64,000 bases of DNA, taken from positions 1-64,000 of the IMG/VR virus record IMGVR_UViG_3300033141_006329. One strand, written 5' to 3'. Below the pieces are notes generated by a model, which was given only the letters and a program-made list of their open reading frames with translations, did not search any database and was not told the origin of the DNA. Below, piece by piece: positions 30,501 to 40,182 of this stretch. Both the position numbers and the translations under genes were made by a program. The first letter of the stretch is position 1. Each line of letters starts with the position of its first letter.

Positions 30501-31617
30501 CGAGTAGTTCGGAAAAATCCTTTTTTCTTTTCTCCATTATATGGGTAGGAACTTGATTATCCACTAATTCTGCTGGTCTGGATATTCTAACTATCTCATT
30601 TCTAGATGTGCTTTTAACTTTGGGTCTGGTTAGAATGGTTTCCGAATATTGTTTCACCATCTTATCTGCTACTTTTTTCTTCTCCTCCTTAGTTTTACCC
30701 TTCATTCTTTTTGCTACAGTTACTGCTTTATCGGGATCACCTGTTACATGATAAACTATTGCAGATGTTACAACTTCATCTGTATCCAATTCATCTATAT
30801 TGACATTTCTATATTCGGGTACTGAATCCATCATATTTTTTATTATTGACTTTACTGCTACTTGAGTTTTTTCGGACCCATATTTCAGTGTATCTGTATT
30901 ATTAACAACTAATTTGGATACTACATCAGTCTCGGCATTCTCAACATCTTTGGGATCTGAACTTTCTAACATAGATAACATCGATCTAATTCTGGCAACA
31001 TTTACTGGTTTATCTTTATCATACAACAAAACAAATCTACCCCCAGAATGATCATAAAAGAATAATAATAATTTATCAAATGGTATATCAGTCCCCTCCT
31101 TCAACATGTTATATATTGGATATATTTTTCTACGTCTTAAACTTTTCATTATAGGTGCATCGAGATTAACTGAATAAACCAATACCCTCTGAAATAGATC
31201 TTCAGGCACACTTCCTACTGCCTCTATAATCTTACTTATAATCATAGCACCTCTACCTGTATTAAACCTCGTCAGTTTAAATTTCTTGGTACTATAATTT
31301 ATCAAATTACTCAAATCCAAATAAAAATTCTTACCTATAACATTTTTATAATCGCCTATAAATCCTTTTACTGGGCGCAATTTATGTTCTATTAATAATT
31401 TCTTATATTGGGGAGTCAGAAGAGTTCGAGGTTTCTTTGTAATTGGAACAAACACATGTCTAACTTGTGTCACCTTTATTCTCATGGCTGTAAATGCTTC
31501 TAAGAATTTATGATTTTCTGTAAGCATAGTAAGACTTATATTTTTTCCATCTATTCCAGCAGGAGGAATAATTAGACTATCTACGGGTCTATATGGTTTG
31601 ATATTTTTAAATTGCAT
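27565..31617 (-). CDS. rpoB: multisubunit RNA polymerase beta subunit with about 350-aa N-terminal extension
   Basis: DPLETPDS, DDGCRVMMG, GYNFED, GDKMNNRHGNKG, DIILNPLGVVNRMN, GGQKFGE. Confidence 0.95.
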   Translation of the reverse strand: MQFKNIKPYRPVDSLIIPPAGIDGKNISLTMLTENHKFLEAFTAMRIKVTQVRHVFVPITKKPRTLLTPQYKKLLIEHKLRPVKGFIGDYKNVIGKNFYLDLSNLINYSTKKFKLTRFNTGRGAMIISKIIEAVGSVPEDLFQRVLVYSVNLDAPIMKSLRRRKIYPIYNMLKEGTDIPFDKLLLFFYDHSGGRFVLLYDKDKPVNVARIRSMLSMLESSDPKDVENAETDVVSKLVVNNTDTLKYGSEKTQVAVKSIIKNMMDSVPEYRNVNIDELDTDEVVTSAIVYHVTGDPDKAVTVAKRMKGKTKEEKKKVADKMVKQYSETILTRPKVKSTSRNEIVRISRPAELVDNQVPTHIMEKRKKDFSELLVKDLTNVFKPLETENLPLKVKSVKINPIKSPAGELKKTLKDRYTIQLSGPEGEVHTVELDIPHLTENGTFVINGQPKVLVNQLITHPIFFYKPYHGRLETSYAKLTIYSQQTKSPYLMAYMSGYKLPIMMFLGYNYGFKETMELFKIKYEIGIEKKPDSIKLLDDRFITFTTSSIVGEEVISSFKRSVVSFPVNHFEIEEKGFWERVLIKEIGTRNCIYRIDQSWKFILTPVAREVLLSKGDPTTLPTVIKYICEEVVKGTVDDRNSMDKQRVRTSEVFTNQIQKQVLSAYNEYLSKKLGGDETARLSLSPTKVFSEVTNSPNCQLLETSNPMEELSMMTRITPVGIGGIPDKAAVPHKALNIHYTYYGNIDPLETPDSPMVGIQQHLTVGATISNARGTFAMKDPSLVKPSEILSVGPAMVPFVESDDGCRVMMGTGQSRQVIPTEGAEPPAVQTGYESLLTNLLSENFIKKSPVNGVIISIKPDMIIVKDKDTGKEVPIDTRSVVLKSGSGKNGLSKFKPTVAIGQTVKRDQILAEGANISEGCIANGVNLLCAFMAWKGYNFEDGIVISESAAKKYISVHVEEEKVYLEPDDDVLSIVNVGDTIDKGGILITHSKAAYDVEAYKHLRTEGGIVSNIEVYANVKDIPEKLQSVYEEFRGHFTKINGKYPLGSFKEKNERFDGIMIKFTMEQHLKMEKGDKMNNRHGNKGVVSIIEKDENMPITPWGEKVDIILNPLGVVNRMNTGQTAEAHVGLIAKELASRIKDLPKARFISLLRTVLELLDGTDNKEYSKNVISKLKSMSDKGFNDLKNQVVKKGYMSIIVPPFKGPSRTNILEALAILGLKPSYKLKLPEFNMTTDPVTIGFILIQKLEQLSAKKLASRGVGPYVSKTLAPTAGKKRGGGQKFGESDLYGLLAWDCPIIIDEMFGSLSSDHASKNEMISEIIQQGKTEFRQGKINPEKELLDNMIIACHLESE

Positions 31618-34600
31618 TATTTTTGCCTCTCCTCCGTTAGAGGTATTCCCATTAACACTTTCTCTATGGGGCTTTCTGGTGCCCTATCACTTATCATACC
31701 ATATTGAATTGCTTTCCCGAAGTTTTCGAACGAAAATCCCAATGGCCATGATATTATACTAGGTAATGTTTTTATAGAGTACATTTCTGGATTAAATGGT
31801 TCTATTAATCTGGCGGGTTGTTGTGGATCTTTTTTTGCTCTCAATATATTAGATATAATCACCTCCAAATGAGATGAATCCCATCCCCCAGTAGCAGCCA
31901 ATGCTTTATAAAACTTATTATATATTGTCGATACATCTTGCCAGGGATATTTTCCACCAACCAGTTTATCTAATTCTCTTGCAAGTTCTGTAAAGTTTTC
32001 TTGTGTCGGTTCCGCATATAATATCTTATCACCTTTAGTATACATATATGATATATAGGAATCGTCTTCCTCTACTTCTTCTGGGGTATAGATTTTAATA
32101 GGCTTTTCTATAGCTACAGGTATCTCTAAATCACCAAACGTAAGTGTAAAGTGACCTACCTTCATATCCAGATATTCTTTTTCTTTAACAATTGGAGAAT
32201 GTTCATATATAGATTTATTTATCCTAAGCATAACAAATTCAGAATTGCTAAATAGATCATCATCTTCTTGTTTAAAAGATTCTCTGATTTTAGGTTCAAT
32301 ATAATCATCTACTTTAGTCATAAGCTCTTTTATTATATCTAGTTTATTCAATATTAAAACTCCACCAAGATGAAATGAATTGTGGTTCTGCACTGCCCCT
32401 AACATAAATTCATTGGTCTCTGTTTTTATATCATATACAGGATCAATCCAAGTATATATCTCTTTTGCTACCATTATTGGATCGAATCCCTTTATAGGAT
32501 TATCATTCTTTTTAAATGACATAGGTTTAAATTCAAGGTCTTCTGTTACCTTTTCGCAAGGTATCATTTCTTTCTGTGCTGGTATGCAAATCTTTACAAC
32601 AAATTCTACCAATCCTCTCGCATCTCTATCCTTACAATGGAAACGATTACTGAGAGCAGAAATTGTAGTATGATATCCTAATTTTAAAGATATCATTTTA
32701 AACTGTTGTGTTAGATTATAACTTCGTATATATGTGCTAAACCTAGTGCAACCATGTTCGGGCATCGCACCTATAGTATCCAGATACCCTGCCAAAAAAC
32801 TTTTCAACCAATCTTTATTATAACTTAAAAAATCAGGTGCCAATCTCACATCCCCTACACCAATACCCAAAACTATACCTTCAACAATATCTTTATTATA
32901 AGTAAACACTACGTATGTTGCAGATTCTACTGTTGATCTTTTTTCAATTTCCTTGAGTTTAAAATCTAAGCGTTCGCTTTCTCTTATTAATCTATCTATT
33001 TGGTCTTCATTTTCTATACGTATATCAATTGTGTCTGGAGATTTTTTCCCTACACTACCTCTAGCACAATATGCCCCTATAACATAACCTGCTGTCTTGG
33101 GTCTAATTCTATCTTTATTTATAATGAATGGTTCATTGTCTATCCATATGGCATCACCCTTGACTACATCCCCTGCAAGTTTTTCCACCACCTCATTATC
33201 TTCGGCTATTAAATATTTGGTATGCCATGATGTATATGTCTCTTTACCGACTAATCTAAATTCTGAATTCTTGTGCCATTTACATATTGGATTTTTCTTA
33301 ATCCATAAGGGATGATCAGCTTGACATACTAAAATGTGTCCTGTGTTAGTTCCAATGACAATCATTTTATCTTTGGGTGGATGTTTTTGCATTACAGATG
33401 TTTTAACCATTCCATCTTTTCCCTGGATACTACTCACAAATTCTTTTGTTTCTAGATCGCCTTCTATCACTGGTTCTACATCTATATTATCCCAAAGGTC
33501 ATCCATAGTAATCCATCTGTCATTATGGTATACTAAACCTTTAGATGACTTCATTATTTTCTCACTGAGCGAGGCTACTTGTTGTACTGCAACCATTCCC
33601 ACATTTTCTGTTTTTAACTGGGCTAACAATTTACCATAACATGTTCTACAAATTTTCTTACTTTTGCAAAATATAGGACTCCTTAGATTAATAACTCTGC
33701 CTATCATATCTTTAGTTAGTGGTTTCAACACACCTTTCTCGTCGTGAACAAATCTACCTGTCATCCTTTTGAATAGATCCTCTGTAAGTTTAAGTTGTAG
33801 TGTCTGTCTCGTACCACAATTGCCATTATTTACATCTGCTTGAACATTACCAACAACATATATCATCTTTCTATAGCCATATCCACCTGCCCCTGTATTT
33901 AAGGATCTATCTATAGTTCCTTTCCTTGATCCAGCGGCAGCTTCAAAATATTCTTTCGGTGTATATCCTTCATTTATAGACTTGGTTATGGGCGGCAAAA
34001 CATTTCCCATAGGATCTTGAACTAGTCCTTTACATACCATCATTTGTCTTATTTGATTCATTCCTTTAGATCCACCAGATGCCACAATATAATATAAATC
34101 TGAATTCGTATCTTTAAAATGTTTCAATAATGCTACTTCTATTTTATCAAGTATGTCTGATTGTTCTGAAACAATTTTAGTGGCACTTAATTCATCCTTC
34201 ATTTTTATTAAGTGTGGCGGGATTTTGAGTTGTTCCAAATTCAAAGTTTTTGGATATATTGTATTATATTTAAATCCTAATCTCATCAGTCTATCTGTTG
34301 TATTTGCAAAATCTACATCGCTCTTTTCTATGATCTCTTTTAATATATTTGTAATTGTTTTCTTACTTACATCAGCATCTACGAAAGGATACCACTGCGG
34401 CAAAACATTATTAAATATTATTCTGCCTGCTGTTGTTTTTATTTTCTTTCCCTTGTAGGTCATTTCAACTTTATGAGCTATATGTAATTTTTCTGCATCA
34501 GCTATAGAAGAGATGGATTTAACTTTAGGATCTTTTTGGGTGGCAGCAGTAAGTGTGAATATTCCTACGATTACATCTTTAGTTAATTCGAATATGGGAT

Positions 34601-36461
34601 CATTAATAGAATCCTTACTATGTACTGTTATCATTTTATCCTTAACTTCTTGTTGGGCTTCTTCGGACATTGGAGCGTAGAGAGCCATTGTATCATATAA
34701 AAATATACCCGTGTCTGTGGTAAATGTTTTATAATCCTCAACTGTAAAATCGTAACCAATTGTCTTATTCGGATCATGTTGTATATTCAGACAAGTTGCG
34801 GGTATAATTTCTATTTCCTTAGCATTTTGTTTGTGTAACAAATTTTTAAATGATTCTGATATATTGGATTCTTCTATAATGTGAGAAGGGATTGTGATCG
34901 ATTTTTGAGTATAATTTTTATTCCTGATACAATATCTAACATCATTCGTAACATCATCTGTATTAGTAAAATCTGGATGTTTTAATAACTTCTTGGGACA
35001 CCAAACAATCCTCCCTCTTTTTAAGGGAGGGGTAGATTTTACAATCTCAATATATTCTCTTAATTTTCTTTTTTTCTCAGGGTGGTTTAAAAGAGTTTGT
35101 AGACGTATGAGAAATTCAGAATATTCTTTTCGTATTGGAATGTATAAAACATAATAATGACGATATTCAGCTGGATCTATTATAGGTATTTTCTGTCCAT
35201 CTATCCCTAATGTATAGTTTTTAATATCTACTGAAATCGAACTCTCTATACCTAAACGATAATAAAGAACATATCGAACATCTTCAATGAGTTTTTTAGA
35301 TTTGGATGTAGCGGAAACTCCTCTGGGTCTAACCATACCATCTGTATCAATATATCCTGCAAATAATCCCATCACAAAATCGTCTGTGGAATTTAAAACC
35401 CAATCGGGAAGATGCTTATCAGAACAGGTATTTCCAAATTGATTTATATTAAATGGTACTTTTCTATTATATCCCCATCTTGTTGCCGGTTTATAACCAT
35501 TTCCATTTTTATCCTTTAAATTATAGGGATGATCATATTCTCGTAATTGATTTCTAAGTGGGGGTACTCCTATAAAATCTTCCAATAGCTCTTGAGCTAT
35601 ATTTGTCCACCCATTTCCAATGTCAGTATTTGAAGAATGTAATAATGAGATCCTTTGAGAAATATCACCATCACCTAATAATGCACCTATATAATAACCA
35701 AACTTTTCTTCGGTTATATTATTTTGGATTTCTTCATTTAATATAAATGATCTAGCATCTTTTGATGTCTTGGGTCTGCTCATAGATCTAATTAAATAAT
35801 ATCTTTTAGGGTCTTCAATAATTTCTTCGGGCGTGACTTTTCTGATTTCATCCTGATTATAATCAATAGCAACGACAGAATGATTATTAGATATCCATAA
35901 TTCCTTAACATCGCCTATAAGAGTATTTTTCTTCCTCCTATTGACAGAAAACATTTTGATATTTTCATGAATCGACCAATGGCTTATTTTTTTATATTCA
36001 ATTTTTCCATCATTGTTAATAGCTTGACAAAAAATTTCATCTAAAACGCTATAATTTTTAACAACTCTACCACCATTCTTACGTTTTTCATATTCTAATT
36101 CACATCTAAATTGTTTGCAAAAATCTGAAATATGAATTCGCATTGGAATATAATTTTCATTTTCACGTCTGTAAAGTCTTAAAAAACAATAACTTGAGTC
36201 ACCATCGAAATCAAATCCGTACTTTACCGATGCTGCGGGATGTACTTCCATTGTACTTCCTTCCACAATTTTAACATAAGCCCCTTGAGATCTAGCACTA
36301 TGAACATTAGGATCTCGTTTGTATATTACAACTTTCCCAGCATCCTCTATCTCTCGTTTAGCAACATCAAAAATTACATCATGTATAGCTTTGGGAACTT
36401 TATACCCCCGACTTATCATTTTTAAAATAAGTCTTATCTCTTCTGTTGTAGCTTGCTCCAC
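31617..36461 (-). CDS. rpoC: RNA polymerase beta' central/C-terminal part containing two inteins (about 722 aa spliced)
   Basis: KRDPNVH, DFDGD, GSRKG..D...T...GY bridge helix, IMK/SFH trigger loop. Confidence 0.93.
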   Translation of the reverse strand: MEQATTEEIRLILKMISRGYKVPKAIHDVIFDVAKREIEDAGKVVIYKRDPNVHSARSQGAYVKIVEGSTMEVHPAASVKYGFDFDGDSSYCFLRLYRRENENYIPMRIHISDFCKQFRCELEYEKRKNGGRVVKNYSVLDEIFCQAINNDGKIEYKKISHWSIHENIKMFSVNRRKKNTLIGDVKELWISNNHSVVAIDYNQDEIRKVTPEEIIEDPKRYYLIRSMSRPKTSKDARSFILNEEIQNNITEEKFGYYIGALLGDGDISQRISLLHSSNTDIGNGWTNIAQELLEDFIGVPPLRNQLREYDHPYNLKDKNGNGYKPATRWGYNRKVPFNINQFGNTCSDKHLPDWVLNSTDDFVMGLFAGYIDTDGMVRPRGVSATSKSKKLIEDVRYVLYYRLGIESSISVDIKNYTLGIDGQKIPIIDPAEYRHYYVLYIPIRKEYSEFLIRLQTLLNHPEKKRKLREYIEIVKSTPPLKRGRIVWCPKKLLKHPDFTNTDDVTNDVRYCIRNKNYTQKSITIPSHIIEESNISESFKNLLHKQNAKEIEIIPATCLNIQHDPNKTIGYDFTVEDYKTFTTDTGIFLYDTMALYAPMSEEAQQEVKDKMITVHSKDSINDPIFELTKDVIVGIFTLTAATQKDPKVKSISSIADAEKLHIAHKVEMTYKGKKIKTTAGRIIFNNVLPQWYPFVDADVSKKTITNILKEIIEKSDVDFANTTDRLMRLGFKYNTIYPKTLNLEQLKIPPHLIKMKDELSATKIVSEQSDILDKIEVALLKHFKDTNSDLYYIVASGGSKGMNQIRQMMVCKGLVQDPMGNVLPPITKSINEGYTPKEYFEAAAGSRKGTIDRSLNTGAGGYGYRKMIYVVGNVQADVNNGNCGTRQTLQLKLTEDLFKRMTGRFVHDEKGVLKPLTKDMIGRVINLRSPIFCKSKKICRTCYGKLLAQLKTENVGMVAVQQVASLSEKIMKSSKGLVYHNDRWITMDDLWDNIDVEPVIEGDLETKEFVSSIQGKDGMVKTSVMQKHPPKDKMIVIGTNTGHILVCQADHPLWIKKNPICKWHKNSEFRLVGKETYTSWHTKYLIAEDNEVVEKLAGDVVKGDAIWIDNEPFIINKDRIRPKTAGYVIGAYCARGSVGKKSPDTIDIRIENEDQIDRLIRESERLDFKLKEIEKRSTVESATYVVFTYNKDIVEGIVLGIGVGDVRLAPDFLSYNKDWLKSFLAGYLDTIGAMPEHGCTRFSTYIRSYNLTQQFKMISLKLGYHTTISALSNRFHCKDRDARGLVEFVVKICIPAQKEMIPCEKVTEDLEFKPMSFKKNDNPIKGFDPIMVAKEIYTWIDPVYDIKTETNEFMLGAVQNHNSFHLGGVLILNKLDIIKELMTKVDDYIEPKIRESFKQEDDDLFSNSEFVMLRINKSIYEHSPIVKEKEYLDMKVGHFTLTFGDLEIPVAIEKPIKIYTPEEVEEDDSYISYMYTKGDKILYAEPTQENFTELARELDKLVGGKYPWQDVSTIYNKFYKALAATGGWDSSHLEVIISNILRAKKDPQQPARLIEPFNPEMYSIKTLPSIISWPLGFSFENFGKAIQYGMISDRAPESPIEKVLMGIPLTEERQK
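32379..33548 (-). mobile_element. intein 2 (390 aa) in the trigger loop, degenerate LAGLIDADG motifs
   Basis: IMK|SSKG...ADHPLW...VYDIKT...QNHN|SFHLGG; VIGAYCARG and LAGYLDTIG. Confidence 0.9.
34692..36197 (-). mobile_element. intein 1 (502 aa) with LAGLIDADG endonuclease, atypical C-terminus
   Basis: DFDGD|SSYC...SNNH...IGALLGDG...FAGYIDTDG...YDFTV...GIFLYD|TMALY. Confidence 0.85.
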
Positions 36462-37045
36462 TATAATTTCCTCATAATTTTCTTTTTCTGAAGCTCCAAT
36501 TTTTGAATAGCCTTTAGTATCTTAAATTTACACAAATCAGGATTATCTGATTCATCACAATTCTTCAATTGATCTATTAATATTGCTTTATAATCATCTA
36601 AGGATTTAATTCTACATACTATCCTATCTTCACCTTTCAAATTTTTACACGGTCCATACAATTTTGTATTATAATAATCAAAAGCTTTTTTGACAATAAA
36701 AATACCAAGAATTGCAGCAGGTATACCTATAGCTAATTTTTTAGCTAAGGGGATATTACTCTTCAATTTATCAATACCTTTAGTTATATCATCACTAATG
36801 TTTCTCGCATTTTTAGATGCAGTAGAAATATCTTTAGATGTGCCTGATATTTTCTTAAATATATCTTTGAATCCCTCCGTATAATATAATAAGAATTTCT
36901 TATATTCGTATAATCTATCAGACATATTGGAATCAGATATCATTACTTGCTCCAAAATATCTTCCAATAGCTCATCGTTAGAAGAATTTATATCTTTAAT
37001 TATATCCTTTATTTTACTCGTGTAATATTCTTCGCTCAAATGCAT
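36461..37045 (-). CDS. membrane-anchored helical protein with Cys pairs
   Basis: one hydrophobic helix; C...C and C...PDLC; stop overlaps the GTG start of beta'. Confidence 0.6.
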   Translation of the reverse strand: MHLSEEYYTSKIKDIIKDINSSNDELLEDILEQVMISDSNMSDRLYEYKKFLLYYTEGFKDIFKKISGTSKDISTASKNARNISDDITKGIDKLKSNIPLAKKLAIGIPAAILGIFIVKKAFDYYNTKLYGPCKNLKGEDRIVCRIKSLDDYKAILIDQLKNCDESDNPDLCKFKILKAIQKLELQKKKIMRKL

Positions 37046-37057
37046 AGCGTTTCTCCT

Positions 37058-37990
37058 CTACATTAATAGATCTGGGTCTAATTCTTTCCCTAAAACTTCT
37101 TTAACAGCTATATGAAATTCTTCGGGTATATTTTTTGATTGGGGTGAATTAACCAAACCGTATATTATAATAGGTTCAAATATACTACATGCCACCTTGA
37201 ATGGTAATCCAACTGTTCCTAAATTTAATTCTGGATTAGGTGTAATTACTGCCCTCGCTGAGAAATCCACACGTTTGCCCAATAATAAATTTCTAACTAT
37301 TCCATGTTTTTTAGATACCGATACTCTAATTAATTCATACAATTCCTTAATCAAGTTTTGCATCTTATAACTCAATATATCGAATATCGGCCCAGACACA
37401 CCTTTCAACTGATTAGATTGTATAATTATTTTTCTATAGAGAGCATTCAATTCACCTATTTCTGGTTTCTCTCCAGGGCTTTCAGGGATTGATATCTCTC
37501 GATACCTGGGAGGAATAACTATAAGTTTAGACATAAAGAACAGATCTTTTTTTATATTGCTATATATCATCTTTATAAGTTTATTCCTATCGCCACCCTT
37601 TTCATCTTCTCTAAATTTTATTTTTTGAATATTATCAATAAAAGAAGAAAACCCATCCAACTCCCCTTCAGGATCTTCAACCAATAATCCATCATCACCT
37701 ATAGAATATATTTTCTCGCTTGATATTAATGGTTGTATCTTTCTTTCTATCCTTTTATTTAAAATATCAAATAGTGATGGATGTATGACATTACAATTCA
37801 ATTCTATCCAGGAATAACTCTTTGCTCTATCAGGGGAAGCATCTAATCCAAATGTATCCTCTGACATCAATCCTTGTGGATGATATGCATAATTTCTGCC
37901 CATAAATATCTGGGGTGTAGATATAGGACCAATGCTATTATTTTTCCTTATAAAATCATCAGGACTAAGGATCTTAATCATCCAACCCAC
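37058..37990 (-). CDS. rpoC: RNA polymerase beta' N-terminal part
   Basis: GLMSEDTFG, WIELN, VIPPRYR, LLLGKRVDFSARAVITP, GLP. Confidence 0.92.
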   Translation of the reverse strand: MGWMIKILSPDDFIRKNNSIGPISTPQIFMGRNYAYHPQGLMSEDTFGLDASPDRAKSYSWIELNCNVIHPSLFDILNKRIERKIQPLISSEKIYSIGDDGLLVEDPEGELDGFSSFIDNIQKIKFREDEKGGDRNKLIKMIYSNIKKDLFFMSKLIVIPPRYREISIPESPGEKPEIGELNALYRKIIIQSNQLKGVSGPIFDILSYKMQNLIKELYELIRVSVSKKHGIVRNLLLGKRVDFSARAVITPNPELNLGTVGLPFKVACSIFEPIIIYGLVNSPQSKNIPEEFHIAVKEVLGKELDPDLLM

Positions 37991-38378
37991 CCAGATTAGA
38001 TAGACTACCCAAGTCTCTAGTTTTCTTCAATATCTTTTCCAAATTACCATTCACTTTGTATGATCTAGGAAATATCAAAGCTTTACGCTCCAAAGCCTTC
38101 ATATAGAATTCTATTTTATTTACAAATCCCTTATATTTTTTATCCTTTGTCTTATTGTATAGTCTCTTAGCACTAGACAAACTGCGTTTCAACACCGAAA
38201 TAGATACACCACCATATTGATTTTTAACTGCGAATACTGGGGTTCCATTTTTACCAACTGAAAGAAATGATTTGGAATCTGATTTGTATAACTTTTTCCT
38301 GTTGTTTCTACTTTTGAAAAACTCTGCGTCAGGTATAAATCCTGCTTCATGTACTATGTCTCGTATATAATCTATCAT
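37974..38378 (-). CDS. basic hypothetical protein
   Basis: 134-aa ORF after a GGACAAACTA motif. Confidence 0.55.
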   Translation of the reverse strand: MIDYIRDIVHEAGFIPDAEFFKSRNNRKKLYKSDSKSFLSVGKNGTPVFAVKNQYGGVSISVLKRSLSSAKRLYNKTKDKKYKGFVNKIEFYMKALERKALIFPRSYKVNGNLEKILKKTRDLGSLSNLGGLDD

Positions 38379-38401
38379 GGAATCTCCTCACTATAGTTTT
38401 A

Positions 38402-38411
38402 TAGTTTGTCC
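38402..38411 (-). promoter_or_regulatory. repeated motif GGACAAAYTA (candidate late promoter)
   Basis: one of six minus-strand copies found by eye. Confidence 0.55.
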
Positions 38412-39449
38412 TCATCCGTGAGTATTAATATCATCATCTTCTTCAATTAGGGACATAATTTGACATGTGTGTGTACAACCGCCTTTACATAATGACTCTT
38501 TATCTGCTTCTATAGCCTCTTCTATATTTGCTTTTTCTACCCCATCTGATCCATGCTTATCCAATAAATCTATAGCTTTAAACTCTGGTGTATATCTGCC
38601 CCTTATCCGCCCACAACACCGCATGGTCCCGTCACATTCAATCGTGACATTATGCAGATTATCTTTACCTAATTTGCAATCTAAATTAGCAGGTAGTATG
38701 TTATATATCTTCATCAGCAAAGTATCCTTCATATGTATTTTATAATCACTGTCTCTCAATCTTTCAAATATAGCCTTAACTTCAGAATTCTTTGGAACTA
38801 ATAATTCGGGGTTGGTTACAGATGAGAAATCATAATAATTATTCTTTGCAATATCCAATACTGTTATATCTGAATATATTTCATTGGCCGACAATTTTTC
38901 TACTGTTTCTTCTAAATATTTTATATTATCCTTATCCACAGTAATTTCTGCTACAGGGTCATCTACTAAACCATCATATATCAATCTAACCAACATATTA
39001 AATCCGGCATTAGATTTATACATCTCATCATCATCTATACTATCATGCAACCAAAAACCTGGATCTACAGATGCAGTGAATCCTTTTATTCTACCCACCT
39101 TATCAAACATATCTCCTATGAGTGGTCTTATTGTGTCACTACAATTTGATATTATTGTATAATTTGCATCTATGTTTTTAAGATGTTTTAAAACAGTTGG
39201 TAATTCTTTATACAGGAAAGGTTCTCCCCCAAATAATATAAAGAATATATCTTTATTATGCTTGACCATTCTATCTATCATGTCTATCCAAAACTCTGGA
39301 GATTGCTCATTCTGGAAATAATATTTACCATTTGGATATTCTTTTGGTTGAAGAATATAATCTATATCTCCGCTAAATCTACAATAATCACAATGCAGGT
39401 TACACCGTCTAGTTAATACCAATGTTGCTATTTTAATTTTGTTTTCCAT
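38412..39449 (-). CDS. radical SAM protein with C-terminal Cys-rich (SPASM/twitch-like) region
   Basis: CNLHCDYC, GGEP, CDG..RCC, CKGGCTHTC. Confidence 0.85.
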   Translation of the reverse strand: MENKIKIATLVLTRRCNLHCDYCRFSGDIDYILQPKEYPNGKYYFQNEQSPEFWIDMIDRMVKHNKDIFFILFGGEPFLYKELPTVLKHLKNIDANYTIISNCSDTIRPLIGDMFDKVGRIKGFTASVDPGFWLHDSIDDDEMYKSNAGFNMLVRLIYDGLVDDPVAEITVDKDNIKYLEETVEKLSANEIYSDITVLDIAKNNYYDFSSVTNPELLVPKNSEVKAIFERLRDSDYKIHMKDTLLMKIYNILPANLDCKLGKDNLHNVTIECDGTMRCCGRIRGRYTPEFKAIDLLDKHGSDGVEKANIEEAIEADKESLCKGGCTHTCQIMSLIEEDDDINTHG

Positions 39450-39819
39450 TTCGCCCCTTCTTTTTTAAACATTCATTAGCTATTTTTGAACTAATCGAGA
39501 GTTCTACTAATCTGAGCGATGCCAAATCCGATATGAATTCTTTCGCAAATGTAGTGCTATAATTTTCATAACAAACCGCGAGCGTCGCCAAAGTCAAGTC
39601 ATGAGAAAATCTCTCACCTGATTTGAACTCAGAGAAAAGCTTATGAACATATTCTCCGACCAGTTCATCTGTGACTATCCCCTGTTCAATATCTTTCCTA
39701 ATATTTTTACATTCTTGAGTACTCAAAATTACTTCCCGCATTGCTTTTGGTGGCAATTCTGGACCCAAAGAAAATAGATAATTCTCTGAACTGATTTTAT
39801 CTAAAGAATTTATTTGCAT
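39433..39819 (-). CDS. hypothetical protein
   Basis: 128-aa ORF. Confidence 0.5.
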   Translation of the reverse strand: MQINSLDKISSENYLFSLGPELPPKAMREVILSTQECKNIRKDIEQGIVTDELVGEYVHKLFSEFKSGERFSHDLTLATLAVCYENYSTTFAKEFISDLASLRLVELSISSKIANECLKKKGRNGKQN

Positions 39820-39840
39820 TTTTTGCCCCTTCTTTTTTAA

Positions 39841-40182
39841 TTATTTAGTCACGGGTGACTGTTCCCAATCTTTACCTTCTAACTTTCTCCATACTACAAA
39901 TTTTTTAATATTCATCAATATCATGTTCATATACTGATACTGATTTCTATCCTCTTTGGGAATATAAGAAAAAAATAAATCTGATCCAAAGTCTGTGGCT
40001 AAGGCTAATGATCTGGTCATGTAGCCTTCGAGCGTTTCTTGCTCCTTATAAAATGATATATATCGAACCTTATTATTTTTTAATACGATCATAGATATAG
40101 GATCGGTTGATAAATTATTATCCTCTATATATTTAGAAAATTCTTGTAAATGTCTCTTCTGTAAATTTGTTACTGTTATCAT
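39841..40182 (-). CDS. hypothetical protein
   Basis: 113-aa ORF. Confidence 0.5.
   Translation of the reverse strand: MITVTNLQKRHLQEFSKYIEDNNLSTDPISMIVLKNNKVRYISFYKEQETLEGYMTRSLALATDFGSDLFFSYIPKEDRNQYQYMNMILMNIKKFVVWRKLEGKDWEQSPVTK

Noticed and set aside
36461-37058. beta' split caused by a frameshift or group I intron
   Set aside because: The gap holds a full 194-aa ORF with its own RBS, and the downstream beta' part has its own RBS and GTG start.
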